Positions 51,883 through 62,851 of a stretch of DNA of 64,000 nucleotides are shown here, piece by piece. The notes below the pieces were generated by a model, which saw only the letters and a list, made by a program, of their open reading frames with translations, was not told the origin of the DNA and did not search any database. The DNA lies in NCBI RefSeq assembly GCF_004010195.1, contig NC_057718.1, positions 13,042,201 to 13,106,200 on the forward strand, in the 5' to 3' direction. The translations under genes and the position numbers were made by a program. Origin of the DNA: Chiloscyllium plagiosum (Eukaryota). How positions within the stretch are numbered: the stretch's first letter is position 1; every line of letters starts with the position of its first letter.

Positions 51883-52060
51883 TTAAAAATCGCACAACAC
51901 CAGGCTATAGTCCAATAGGTTTGTTTGGAACTGTTGGACTGTAACCTGGTGTTGTGTGATTTTTAACTTTTTTTTTAGATTCCCCACAGTGTGGAAACAG
52001 GCTCTTCAGCCCAACAAGTCCAACTTTGTCCACCCCAGTCCAACACTGACACCTCCACAT
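51883..52060. mobile_element. Family-2 terminus hairpin inserted in CR1, with a small nested SINE tail
   Basis: ttaaaaatcgcacaacaccaggctatagtccaa .. ttggactgtaacctggtgttgtgtgatttttaa (33-bp arms). Confidence 0.75.
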
Positions 52061-52419
52061 TGTAGAATATTGAGATGCCTGGATAGCATGGGTGTGGAGA
52101 AGGTGTTTCCACTAGTAGGAGAGACTAGTACCCAATGGCACAGCCTCAGAGTGAAGGACAACCTTTTAAAACTGAGATAACGAGGAGGGTGGTTACTCTG
52201 TGGAACTCACTGCTGTAGAAAGCTAATGATATCAACGAATTGAGTGTATATAATTCAGAGACAAGGTCTTAATGAGAACAGAGATCAAAGGTTACAAGGA
52301 GTAGGCAGGTGAATTGGATTGAGAAACATATCAACCATGACCAAATGTTGGAGTAGACTCAATGGGCCAGATGATCTAATTTTTTCTCCTATGCCTTCAC
52401 AGCTGAACAGTGAAGTTCT

Positions 52420-54612
52420 CGTGCAGATGGACATAAAAGAGGAAATCTTGGAGACTTTGGTAAATTTAAAGGTGGACAAATCCCCAGGTCTGGATGACTT
52501 GTATCCCACACTGCTATGGGAGCCAAAGGAGGAAATTAGAGGAGTCTTGATGCAAACCTTTTAAATCAGGGCCATAGGGGAGGTGCCAGAGGACTGCAGG
52601 ACAACTAATATGTTTCTACTTTATTAGAAGGGAGGTGGAGATAGACCAAGAAACTAAAGACCAGTGAGTCCAATATCAGTGCTATGGAAACTATTAGAGA
52701 AAATAGTGAAGATGACAATTAATCTCCATTTAGAGATGCAAGATTTGATAATGAATAGTCAGCATGACTGTTCAAGGGAAGTCAGTTGATGTAGTTTGCC
52801 AAGATTCCATGCAGGAAACTGATTTTTTTAAAAAATGCTTATGGGATCTAGGGTAACTTGGTAAGTTGGATCCAAAATTGGGTGAGTCACAGGAGACAGA
52901 GGGTAGTGGTAGAAGGCAATTTCTGACTGGAGCCCAATGTGCAGTGGGGTACTACAGGGACCAGTGCTGTGTCTCTTATTGTTGTGATATTCATAATGAT
53001 ATGAATAAGAATATTTGGGGTGGGGGAATGATAAGTAAGCTTGCAGGTCACATAAAAATTGGCCAAGTAGTTAACAGTGAGGAGGAAGGTGCCAGTTGCT
53101 GAAAGTAAGCATGTAGGTGCAGCAGGCAGTAAAGAAGGCAAATAGTATGTTGATCTTCATTGTGAGAAGCTTCGAGTACAGGAGCAGGGATGTGTTGTTG
53201 CAATTATACAGGGTGAAGCCACACCTAGAATATTGTGTGCAGGTTTCGTCTCCTTTTCTGAGGAAGGATGCTCTTGCTCTCAAGGGAGTGCAGCGAAGGT
53301 TTACCAGGCTGATTCCGGGGATGTCGGGACTTACATATGAGGAAAGGTTGACTACGTTAGGATTGTTTTCGCTGGAGTTCACACAAATGAGGAGGAGATC
53401 TCATAGAGACATATAAAAATCAAGAAGGACTAGACAGGATAGATGCAGGCAGATGTTCCTGATGTTGGGTGTGTCCAAAACCAGGGGTCACAGTCTGAGG
53501 ATTCGGGGTAACCATTTAGGATGGAGATGAGGAAATATTTCATCATCCGAAGAGTGGTGAGTCTTTGGAATTCTTTACCACAGGAAGTAGTTGATGTCAA
53601 AACATTGAATGTATCCAAGAGGTGGCTAGATATAGCACTTGGGGCAAATGGGTTCGAAGGTTATGAGCAGAAAGCAGGATTAGACTATTGAGTTAGATGG
53701 AATGGTAGAGCAGCTCAAAGGGTTGAATGGCTTCCTCCTGCTCCTCTATGTTTCTATGTTAGTTTACAGGAGAATATAAACAGATTGGTGAGATGGACAA
53801 ATCAGTTGCAGATGAAATTTAACCCGATAGATGTGAAATGATGCACTTTGGAAACAGGGACAAGACAAGGGAATGCTCAATAAATGAGGAAGCAAAATGC
53901 CAGGACTCAATGAAGCTCAGAGGAACAGAGGGATTTTGGGGTGCTTGTCCACCGATTATGAAGAGGCAGGACAGGTTAATAGGGTAGGTTAAGAAGGTAT
54001 ATGGAACACATACCTTCATCAGTTGTGGCATAGATTATAAAAGCAAAAAAGTCATGCTGGAGCTGTACAGAACTTTGGTTAGTCCACAGCTGGAGTACTG
54101 TGTGCAGTTCTGGTCACCACACACTAATGAAGGATGTGAGTTCACTGGAAGGGGCACAGAGGAGAATAATCATAACGTTGCCTGCATTGGAGAGTTTCAG
54201 CAATGAAGATAGGTTGGATAAGCTAGGGTTGTTTTCTTTGAAGCAGAGAAGGTAGAGGGGAAAACTTGATAGAGATGTATAAAAAATGAACAGGGTGAAT
54301 AGGAAGCAGCTGTTCCCCTTAGTTGAAGAGTCAATGAAAAGGAGGCATAATTTTAAAGTGAAAGGCATGAGGTTCAAAGGGGTTTTGAGGAAAAATATTT
54401 TTTCAACAAGAGTGGTAGGAATCTGGAATGCACAGCCTGGAAGGAACACTGAGGCAGAAACCTCAACCTTTTGAAAGTACTTGTATGAGCACTTGAAGAT
54501 TTATAACATTCAAGTCCATGAGACTAGTGTATGAAAGGGGGACTAGTGCAAGTGGTAATTGGTACAGGCTCAATGGGCTAAAAGGCCTCTTCTCTGCTGC
54601 ACAATACTATGA
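52420..54612 (+). mobile_element. Decayed CR1 LINE with a second CR1 subfamily nested at about 53095-53760
   Basis: LKVDKSPGLDDLYP; the nested copy ends in a ctctatgtttctatgtt tail, then the host resumes (LQENINRLVRW). Confidence 0.8.
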
Positions 54613-55599
54613 TTCTTCAGAACTTATGATGAACTGACATTGATGAGTAGTCAGCTAGAAGTAAAATGCCCATACAATAATGTGCCCTGTTTTTTGTCAC
54701 CTAACATGTCCATTTTTAACATTTAGTTCAGTTTTCTAAGAACGAAAATTCAGAATGTTGGTATTGTAATGTTTCAAATGTCACTATATACATAGTTCAT
54801 ATACATGTGATTTTAACATAAGAATAGTAAGGAATATTAAGGATAAATAAGGAACTATGTACTCTGTTGTTACAATATGGGGTAAACCCTCCTGCTTAAT
54901 TTAAACCAGCAACACAGAAAAAATTTATCCTGTGCCACAATCTGTGAAAATTTGTGAGACCAAGAACTATTTAAAGTAAAAATTAACAACTTTATTTCTT
55001 AAAGTATAACAGAGAATAATTAACAAACAATTATTTACAACTCCCTCCTCTAACCTATCTTTTACTTTCTCCTCTACAATACTGGTCTAATAAAAATCTC
55101 GATCAAGGTTTAAAGCTAGCTTTCGACTGAGTGTTACATTGTTACCTTATTGAGAACACTTGGTGCTGTCAGGTAGTTTTGCTAGGTTTTAACTCTCTTA
55201 AAGATACTGTACACCCACATCTTCATAACAATGTACACTGAATGACTATGTGAGTTACAATGGGCTGAGGAATTTCTTTGTCTAACTCCTCTCTCTTTCC
55301 ATCAGTCCTCTTTCCATCAAATACTCTTTTCCAAATCCATTAATCTGTTCCAGTTCCCTCTCTCTCACCAACACCACCAGATGGACTTATGAAGAACTGC
55401 TCAGCTTCTTTGTTCAGAGCTCTCCATCACTGTCACCACCTGCTGTTGGAGAACCTGTTACATACTTCCCTGCTTGAAGCTTACTATCCTGGCAACCACA
55501 GCAACCTTGTGCTAAGCGGTTGTGAGATTAGGAGGTTTAATTTTTCTGTGCTGTATGATTCTATAATTGCACCATGATAGCTAGGATGTTCAATTCTAC

Positions 55600-56170
55600 A
55601 TTTATGACAATGGTATCTTCTTGCATCACCAAGCTGGGCAAGTGGTAAGGGTTGGGGTGACAGCCATCATTTGCTTGAGCAGAACTTCTCAGCTTCTTAT
55701 CTGTACTGGTACCTTCCAAGGGATCCAGGCTTTGTGACAGATCACCTAAGTTTCCATCTTTCTTCCTCACAAGAAGTTTGGGAGAGAAGCAAGGACTAGA
55801 TTTTACAACTAGTACCAGACATCCTCCAAGTGATGGAGTGGGATCCTGCAGCAAGGAATCTTTAAAGTATAGTCATCCGGAGTCAGAATCCTGTTGTTTA
55901 CCAGGTGACAATACCCAATATCATTGTCGCCTTTACAAGTCATCTTGTACTTGGCCAGAAAAGAAACAAGTTGCCTCTACTCATCAATGTCTTTGAAGTG
56001 AGTTCAGATATGTCTCCTCCAGTCGGTCCTCTGTTGATGACAGTGGCAAATTTAAGAACATTTCCGGGCATTGTTGTTTGGAGGTAAACACGTCTGTTGC
56101 TAAAACTGCCAATCTTCATGGATATTCTGCCTTTTTCTCTCAGTGATAAGGATTGCTCCCAGCATGACAC
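55600..56170 (-). mobile_element. Probable RTE-type endonuclease remnant
   Basis: MKIGSF..ATVINR..DISEL..LFLFWP resembles the RTE APE N-terminus; heavily decayed. Confidence 0.35.
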
Positions 56171-56181
56171 CAAATGACACT

Positions 56182-56312
56182 GAGGAGAAAGTGAGGTCTG
56201 CAGATGCTGGAGATCAGAGCTGGAAATGTGTTGCTGGAAAAGCGTAGCAGGTCAGGCAGCATCCAGGGAACAGGAGAATCGACGTTTCGGGCATAAGCCC
56301 TTCTTCAGGAAT
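56182..56312 (-). mobile_element. 131-bp hammerhead-bearing Penelope-terminus unit with perfect 11-bp TSD
   Basis: caaatgacact at 56171-56181 and 56313-56323. Minus strand starts AUUC-CUGAAGA-A-GGGC(UUAU)GCCC-GAAAC-GUC. Confidence 0.92.
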
Positions 56313-56451
56313 CAAATGACACTATCTGCTAGATGTGGCACATGATGCTCTACTAAGGCTTGATTTTAATTAGTTGGAGATGCTGACATCAGGCTTCAAG
56401 AACAGTGATGGTAATGATAGGTGAAAGGACAGCTCAATTTCCTAAATAGTT

Positions 56452-58105
56452 AGAACATAGAACATAGAACAATACAGCGCAGAACAGGCCCTTCGGCCCT
56501 CGATGTTGTGCCAACCTGTGAACTATTCTCAGCTCGTCCCCCTACACGATCCCATCATCATCCATATGCTCATCTAAGGATTGTTTTAAATGTCCCTAAT
56601 GTGGCTGAGTTGATTACATTAGCAGGTAGGACATTCCATGCCCTTACCACTCTTTGCGTAAAGAACATGCCTTTGACATCTGTCTTAAATCTATCACCCG
56701 TTAATTTGTAGTTATGCCTCCTCGTACAAGCTGACGTCATCAACCTAGGAAAAAGACTTTCACTGTCTACCCTATTTAATCCTCTGATCATCTGGTATGT
56801 CTCCATCAAATCCCCTCTTAGCCTTCTTCTTTCCAATGAGAACAGATCCAAGTCTTTCAGCCTTTCCTCATAAGACCTTCCCTCCAGACCAGGCAACATC
56901 CTGATAAATCTCCTCTGCGCCTTTTCCAATGCTTCCACATCCTTCCCAAAATATGGGGACCAGAACTGTACACAATATTCCAAGCGTGGCCGCACTAGCA
57001 TTTTGTACAGTTGCAGCATGATATTGCGGCTCCTGAACTCAATCCCTCTACAAATATATACTAACACACTGTATGACTTCTTAATAGCACTATCCACCTG
57101 AGTGGTAACTTTCAGGGATCTATGTACATGGACTCCAAGATCCCTCTGCACATCCACACTACAAAGAATCTTTCCATTGACCCAGTACTCTGCCTTCCTG
57201 TTATTTTTCCCAAAGTGCATCACCTCACATTTAGCTGCATTGAACTTCATTTGCCACCTCTCAGCTCAATTCTGCAGTTTATCCAAGTCCTCCTGCAACC
57301 TGTAATATTCTTCCACACTGTCCACTACTCCACCAACTTTAGTGTCATCTGCAAATTTATTAATTCATCCACCTATGCCTGCGTCTAAGTCATTTACAAA
57401 AATGACAAACAGCAGTGGTCCCAAAACAGATCCTTGTGGCACACCACTAGAAACTGGACTCCAGGTTGAATATTTTCCATCAACCATCACCCGCTGCCTT
57501 ATTTCAGAAAGCCAGTTTCTAATCCAAACTGCTAAATCACCCTCAATTCCATGCCTCTGAATTTTCTCCAACAGCCTACTGTGTGGAACCTGATCAAACG
57601 CTTTTCTGAAGTCCATGTACACAACGTCAACTGCCCTACCCTTATCTACATGCTTGGTCACCTTCTCAAAAAAACTCAATGAGGTTTGTGAGACATGTCC
57701 TGCCCTTGACGAAACCATGTTGACTATCTGAAATCAAATTGTTGCTCTTAGATGATTATAAATCTTATCTCTTATAATCCTTTTCCAAAACCTTTCTTAC
57801 AACAGAAGTAAGGCTCATTAGCCTATAATTACCTGGGTCATCTCTACTGCCCTTCTTGAACAAGGGCACAACATTTGCAATCCTCCAGTCCTCTGGTACT
57901 AAACCTGTAAACAATGACAACTCAGATATCAAAGACAAAGGCTCTGCTATCTCCCCCCTAGCTTCCCAGAGAATCCTCGGATAAATCCCATCTGGCCCGG
58001 GGGACTTTTCTTCTTTTACTCCTTCTAGAATTGATAACACCTATTCGTAACTAACCTCGATCCTTTCTAGTCTAATATCTTGTACCTCATTCTTCTCCTC
58101 TACAA
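56452..58105 (-). mobile_element. CR1 LINE RT to 3' tail
   Basis: ORFs 57765..58040, 57365..57718 and 56570..57250; (agaacat)n tail at about 56452-56470. Confidence 0.95.
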
Positions 58106-58324
58106 CTAGGATGCTGTACAGGAGTGCCTGGAGCAATGTCAAAAACTTTTATTCCCTATCTGCTGACCTCATGTGCTGCACAGACCACACACGTTTTCCA
58201 AGGACACCCAGCTATCCAGTTTGACCCCCAACAACACAGTATTCTCAATATCCTTCCTTCCACTAGAATATCAATTAAGTCACGAACTATCAGAAACCCC
58301 AAGTTATGAAAAGTGTTAGAAAGT

Positions 58325-58872
58325 CAAGGAATCATACTGTTTAGAAAAAGCCTTTCAACCCACCATATCACCACCAACCTATCAACACTAATCCCACTTT
58401 CCAGCAGCTAGCCCCTGGTGTTGAGTGTTATTACATTTCAAGTGCTCAATCATGTTCTTTTTAAAGGTTAGGAGATCTCCCGCCTCTACAACCTGCTCAG
58501 GCTGTGCATTCCAGATCCTCACCATGATCTGGGTGAAAAAATATTTCCTCGAATCCCCTCTAAACCTCCTGCACTTCAATTAAAAATAATGACCCCTTGT
58601 TACTGACCCTTCAACTAAGGGGAACAGCTGCATCCCATCCACTCCTTCCATGCCCCTCATATTCGGATACACCTCAATCAGGTTCCCCCTCAGCATTTGC
58701 CATTATAAAGAAAACGATTCAAGTCTATTCAGCCTCTTCATAGCTAAGATGGTCCAACTGAGGTAACATCCTAGTGAATCTTCTCTGCATCCCCTCCAGT
58801 ACAATCACATCACATAATATGGTGACCAGAACAATACACAACAGCTGTGGCCTAATTACAGTTTTGTACAGT
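58325..58872 (-). mobile_element. Old CR1 3' fragment
   Basis: RFRGDSRKYFFTQIMVRIWNAQPE and LYKTVIRPQL motifs. Confidence 0.75.
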
Positions 58873-59875
58873 GTGGCTGTAATACAGGTAGGGAGAGCTC
58901 GATGTAGCCATGATAGAGAATGTCTGATACCTGAAGCAGAGACCCAGATGAGGGACAGACATCAATCAGTTCAAACTCTCAGCCACATGTTCACAAAAGA
59001 ATTGGTAAGGCACAGTTAACATCTCCTGCTCCTGGTGTCAATTATGCATGATGCTTCAACCTTGTCAATTTCACATTCATTGTGAGGCAAGTCCCTATCA
59101 CTCGACAAAAGATTGAGCCTCTTCCTGGAGGAATCTCACCCTCTGCAACGTGCTCAGTGTAAGGCCCAACTAGTAATGCCTGGAGAGAGGAGAAGGCAAT
59201 TGTACTGAATGGGGTCTCTGCACAGGATGTCAATGATGGCATCAAATGTCTCATTTAACGTGCCATTCTGAAAAATAAATGTAAAACGTTTGATGCATTC
59301 AAAGGTCACAATTGCAACACATCTTTAGAAAATCCATGGAGTGGGATCAGCTATAAGGCATACCATGGAGGTAGGACAGCAAGGACCAAACCTGTGCTTG
59401 CTGTGTAACAATCAGTTTCATTTGCCTCTTTGCCTGAGATCCACATTCCTATCTGTAACCATGGCCACTTTCCCAATAGCCTGTTTAACAGTCTTTGGAG
59501 ACCAATCTTTTCCCATTATGAGTATCATGTGAACTTGTGCTTCTAAAAAAAACATGATCGAAGTTTGTCACTATTAAGCCTCCTCAATTCCGATCCCTAA
59601 TTCTTCTGCTAGGCAATCCTGCAATATTCTGTCTCTGGTCAATTGGAAGGAAGGATCCAGGAAATTGATGCCACCAACGACTTCACCAGATCCAGGGACA
59701 TGGGAATTCAGATTCCCCTTGTTTTGCTCGAAACATTTACTGCAACTGTGTCAGGCTATTACTGTCCCACAAAACCCTTGTTAGTTCCTCAAAATCTGCT
59801 ACAGACTTCTTTGAACACGTGTACCTCTTCTCTGTATTTCACAATGGGCTTTTGTTTCTATAGATGGTCCAACAC

Positions 59876-60119
59876 GCCATCTGCTCACTTCCATTGAGAC
59901 TTCTGGATGTCATAAACAACGAAGTGTCTTCATTCCAGTCTTCTATTTCCATTTAGGGTGTTTCTGGTCTTTCCTGAATCTCCAACTTCCTACTCATTGG
60001 CCATCTGCTCACTTGCATTGAGACTTCTGGATGTCATAAACAGCCAAGTGTCTTCATTCCAGTCTTCTATTTCCATTTAGGGTGTTTCTGGTCTTTCCTG
60101 AATCTCCAACTTCCTACTC
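59876..60119. repeat. Direct tandem duplication, period 124 bp
   Basis: gccatctgctcactt...caacttcctactc starts at 59876 and again at 60000, with about 3 mismatches. Confidence 0.92.
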
Positions 60120-61277
60120 TGGCAAGTAGAACATCAAACCTAAAATACCACTTCCTTCCTTGGTAATGTCAAGGGAAAACACATGAGGAGCTTCTGACTG
60201 TATTTGGTTGAAAGGGTCCAATTCCCTCTGCCAATACCTGAGCAATCAACGACCACATAACAGGTTCAGCTTTCTTCACAGACATTGCTATTTTCAACTC
60301 TTCCACCATGCATTTGATCTCAGCCAGGTGCCTTTCAAACTCAACCATCATGGCTTGATGCCTGTGTTGTGGAATCCTGCTAATTACACCAGAAATGTAA
60401 GGGATTCTTTATTTTCCGAGCATTACGTCATTATAAAATGAAGGAAAATTAAGGATAAATGAGGAACTATTCAGATTATGTACATGTGGGTTACACTGGT
60501 CTGAAGTATTTCTTTGTCTCACTACCCAATAGCCCTCCCTCCAACAGACACTTACTTTTGCCAGCCAGAGGCCATTCAGTGCTCCACTATCCTCCCTCAT
60601 CGTTGCCATCTGTTGGTGGATGTTTCGGACATATGTTCATCTCCCTTACTCAGTGCTCTCCATCAGCTTTGCCGCTTGCTGCTGGATGTCCCATTACATA
60701 CCAATGTGCACATTTTAAAAAAAAATTCTTTGAAAGGCACGCTCTATAGAAAATTGGTATGACAGTTTAGTTTTAATGCTAAAAACAAAACCTGTGTTTC
60801 CAAGTTTGCCGTTCAGCCTTACTGTACTAATATGTTTATAAACTGGTGCTTACTTATCTTGAGCAAATACTTTTCAAACTATTTAATTCTAAAATTTATG
60901 CAACTCAACCAAGAACCTTTTGTGCAGATTGCACAGAAAGTCATATGACTTTACTTGGACACTGAAGTGATCTACCATCTAAAACAAGCAAACCAATGCA
61001 AAGCTGCTATCAAAATGATGGCCGTATTGTCAGAGGTAACAAACATTTAGGCTATTGATTTCACTATATGTCAACTTTCAGTTATTTAAAATCAAACTCT
61101 TTCTGCAGCCCAATGCAACATTTACAACCCTAATTCAACAAATGTTAAATATCTGTATTTTGTTTATGTATTTTTAAATGTTTATGTATTTTCTTTATTA
61201 AACCTGTAAAATTGAAAACAAACAACTAAAGAAAATGTGTATTTTTGTGACTAGTGAACCCTTTCTTGAGTACATAC

Positions 61278-61384
61278 CCCTCTGCAGAATTAAATGCTGT
61301 TTCATATCTGTGAGATGTGGGATACATTGTCAGTTTTATCTCCTGTCCCAGATTGAAGAACTCTTTGGTCAAAATACGAGACAG
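61278..61384 (-). CDS. CATSPERE: CATSPERE internal coding exon (107 nt; LSRILTKEFFNLGQEIKLTMYPTSHRYETAFNSAEG)
   Basis: Acceptor ttcacccaacag (an alternative in-frame acceptor would extend it to 61408) and donor GG/gtatgt. Resembles human SIVLSTQMATLGQKPVI...RRG. Phase-2 end joins the next exon as GG|G TAC TGG. Not in the ORF track. Confidence 0.75.
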
Positions 61385-61941
61385 CTGTTGGGTGAAATCA
61401 CACCAATTCTAAACAATGAAACATCAGCAAAAAAAATGAAATATGACATTAAAGACCCCATAACCTTTCATTTAAAAATCAAGTTCAGTCCCTTCAGCTA
61501 TTCCCTCATTAGGTTCCAGAGAATTACTCTGGCAGAATAAATACATGTGACCTACTCCCTGGCCTTCTTTAAGTTTTCAATATCACCTGAACTCACTCAC
61601 AATTTATCTTGTTGAACGGAGTGGGGAGCATTCAGAGTACACTTCCTGATAGCTTCACTAAGATCAACTTGTAAAATGTACGTAGCATTGCACTATTGAC
61701 AAACTTTTGCAACAATAAAACCAAAAAATGCTGAAAATACAGTTCATGACAAAGAGCATCTGGCAAGCAAGAAACAGGAGGGCTGGAATATTTGTCTCCA
61801 GAGGAATGTGAATCAGGTCACAAAACCTCAGATTTATTTATTTTGCTGGAAAACAATTTTCCTTTGCCTTCCCAACACCAAAACACATTTGAGTGGCTTT
61901 ATCACAGGACAGAAAGGCTTTGAATGGAAATAGAGACACAC

Positions 61942-62056
61942 CTTTTCTAAGGTCAATATTCCCAATGTGAATGTGGGTTTCAGAAACCCAAAATAAATGC
62001 ACATCTTCAGAGAGTTTGTGACTTCGGAGGAAACCTGCTGAGTTGTCAAGAACATT
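61942..62056 (-). CDS. CATSPERE: Probable CATSPERE internal coding exon (115 nt; xMFLTTQQVSSEVTNSLKMCIYFGFLKPTFTLGILTLEK)
   Basis: Acceptor tgttag and donor AAG/gtgtgt on the minus strand. This frame ends in phase 0, matching the next exon. Only weak resemblance to mammalian NFTQLITVWAY, and a second frame is also open, so exon and frame are tentative. Confidence 0.45.
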
Positions 62057-62112
62057 CTAACAGGTAAACATAAAATGTATTTATACCTTCAAATATCACA
62101 ATTAAATGATGT

Positions 62113-62851
62113 GTTGGACTGGGGTGGGCAAAGCTAAAAATCATACAAGAAGGATCCGGAGGGAGGTATAAGGGATCCTGAAGAAGGGCTTATGCCCGAA
62201 ACGCGATTCTCCTGTTCCCTGGATGCTGCCTGACCTGCTGCGCTTTTCCAGCAACACATTTTCAGCTAAAAATCATACAACACCTGGTTATAGTCCAACA
62301 GGTTTATTTGGAAGTACAAGCTTTTGGAGCGCTGCTCCTTCATCAGGTAGCTAGTGGGGCAGGATTATAGGACATAGAATTTATCGTAAAAGATCAAAAT
62401 GTCATACAACTAATGCAATGTGTTGAATAAAGCTAGATTGCTGTTAAGTCTTTAATCACTTAGAATGGCGATGCAGGTTTTAATTCATTAATATGTAAAT
62501 CCCAGAACTTCTTTCAAGTCACAGTCCCGAGATAACTTAAAAGTTTTATGAAAAAAATGTGACATCTCAGCTCAGAGAATGCATTAAAGGTGTGGGGTTG
62601 GAGTCTGTCTGTACCTCAACCTTGCGTGAGACTGGTTCTATTTCCAAAGTAGAAATTTATAAAATGTCACATGGACTGATTGCCTACAGATTGTGTGCTT
62701 TTTGAACAAAATGGAATGTACCTGCAAATACAAATTGGAAATACAAATTCACCCCACAGACTTCTATGTGTGTGATGAAGAAACAGCACTCTGAAAGCTT
62801 GTACTTCCAAATAAATCTATTGGACTATAATTTGGTGTTGTGTGATTTTTA
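62113..62851. mobile_element. Family-2 PLE-like non-coding element with inverted hammerhead-bearing termini and TSD
   Basis: Arms about 62266-62347 and about 62772-62851 are inverted. TSD acaat(t/a)aaatgatgt at 62098-62112 and 62852-62866. Confidence 0.75.
62149..62263 (+). mobile_element. Family-1 hammerhead unit nested in the family-2 terminus
   Basis: cctgaagaagggcttatgcccgaaacg. Perfect 17-bp duplication agctaaaaatcatacaa at 62132-62148 and 62264-62280. Confidence 0.88.

Larger units (their letters stand above)
49600..52395 (+). mobile_element. Decayed CR1 LINE ORF2 hosting several nested insertions
   Basis: LKVDKSSGSDGLH, DFQKAFD, AKFADDTK and HLEYC motifs; interrupted near 50005, 50645, 51369 and 51883. 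Confidence 0.85.

Noticed and set aside
54868..55130. Possible LTR end (tgttacaatatggggtaaaccc...)
   Set aside because: No second LTR, TSD or primer-binding site identifiable in the window.
61601..61667. Possible 67-nt minus-strand exon (acaag..gtgagt; VDLSEAIRKCTLNAPHSVQQDK)
   Set aside because: No resemblance to CATSPERE, and its phase-2 end is incompatible with the phase-0 start of the well-supported 61384-61278 exon.
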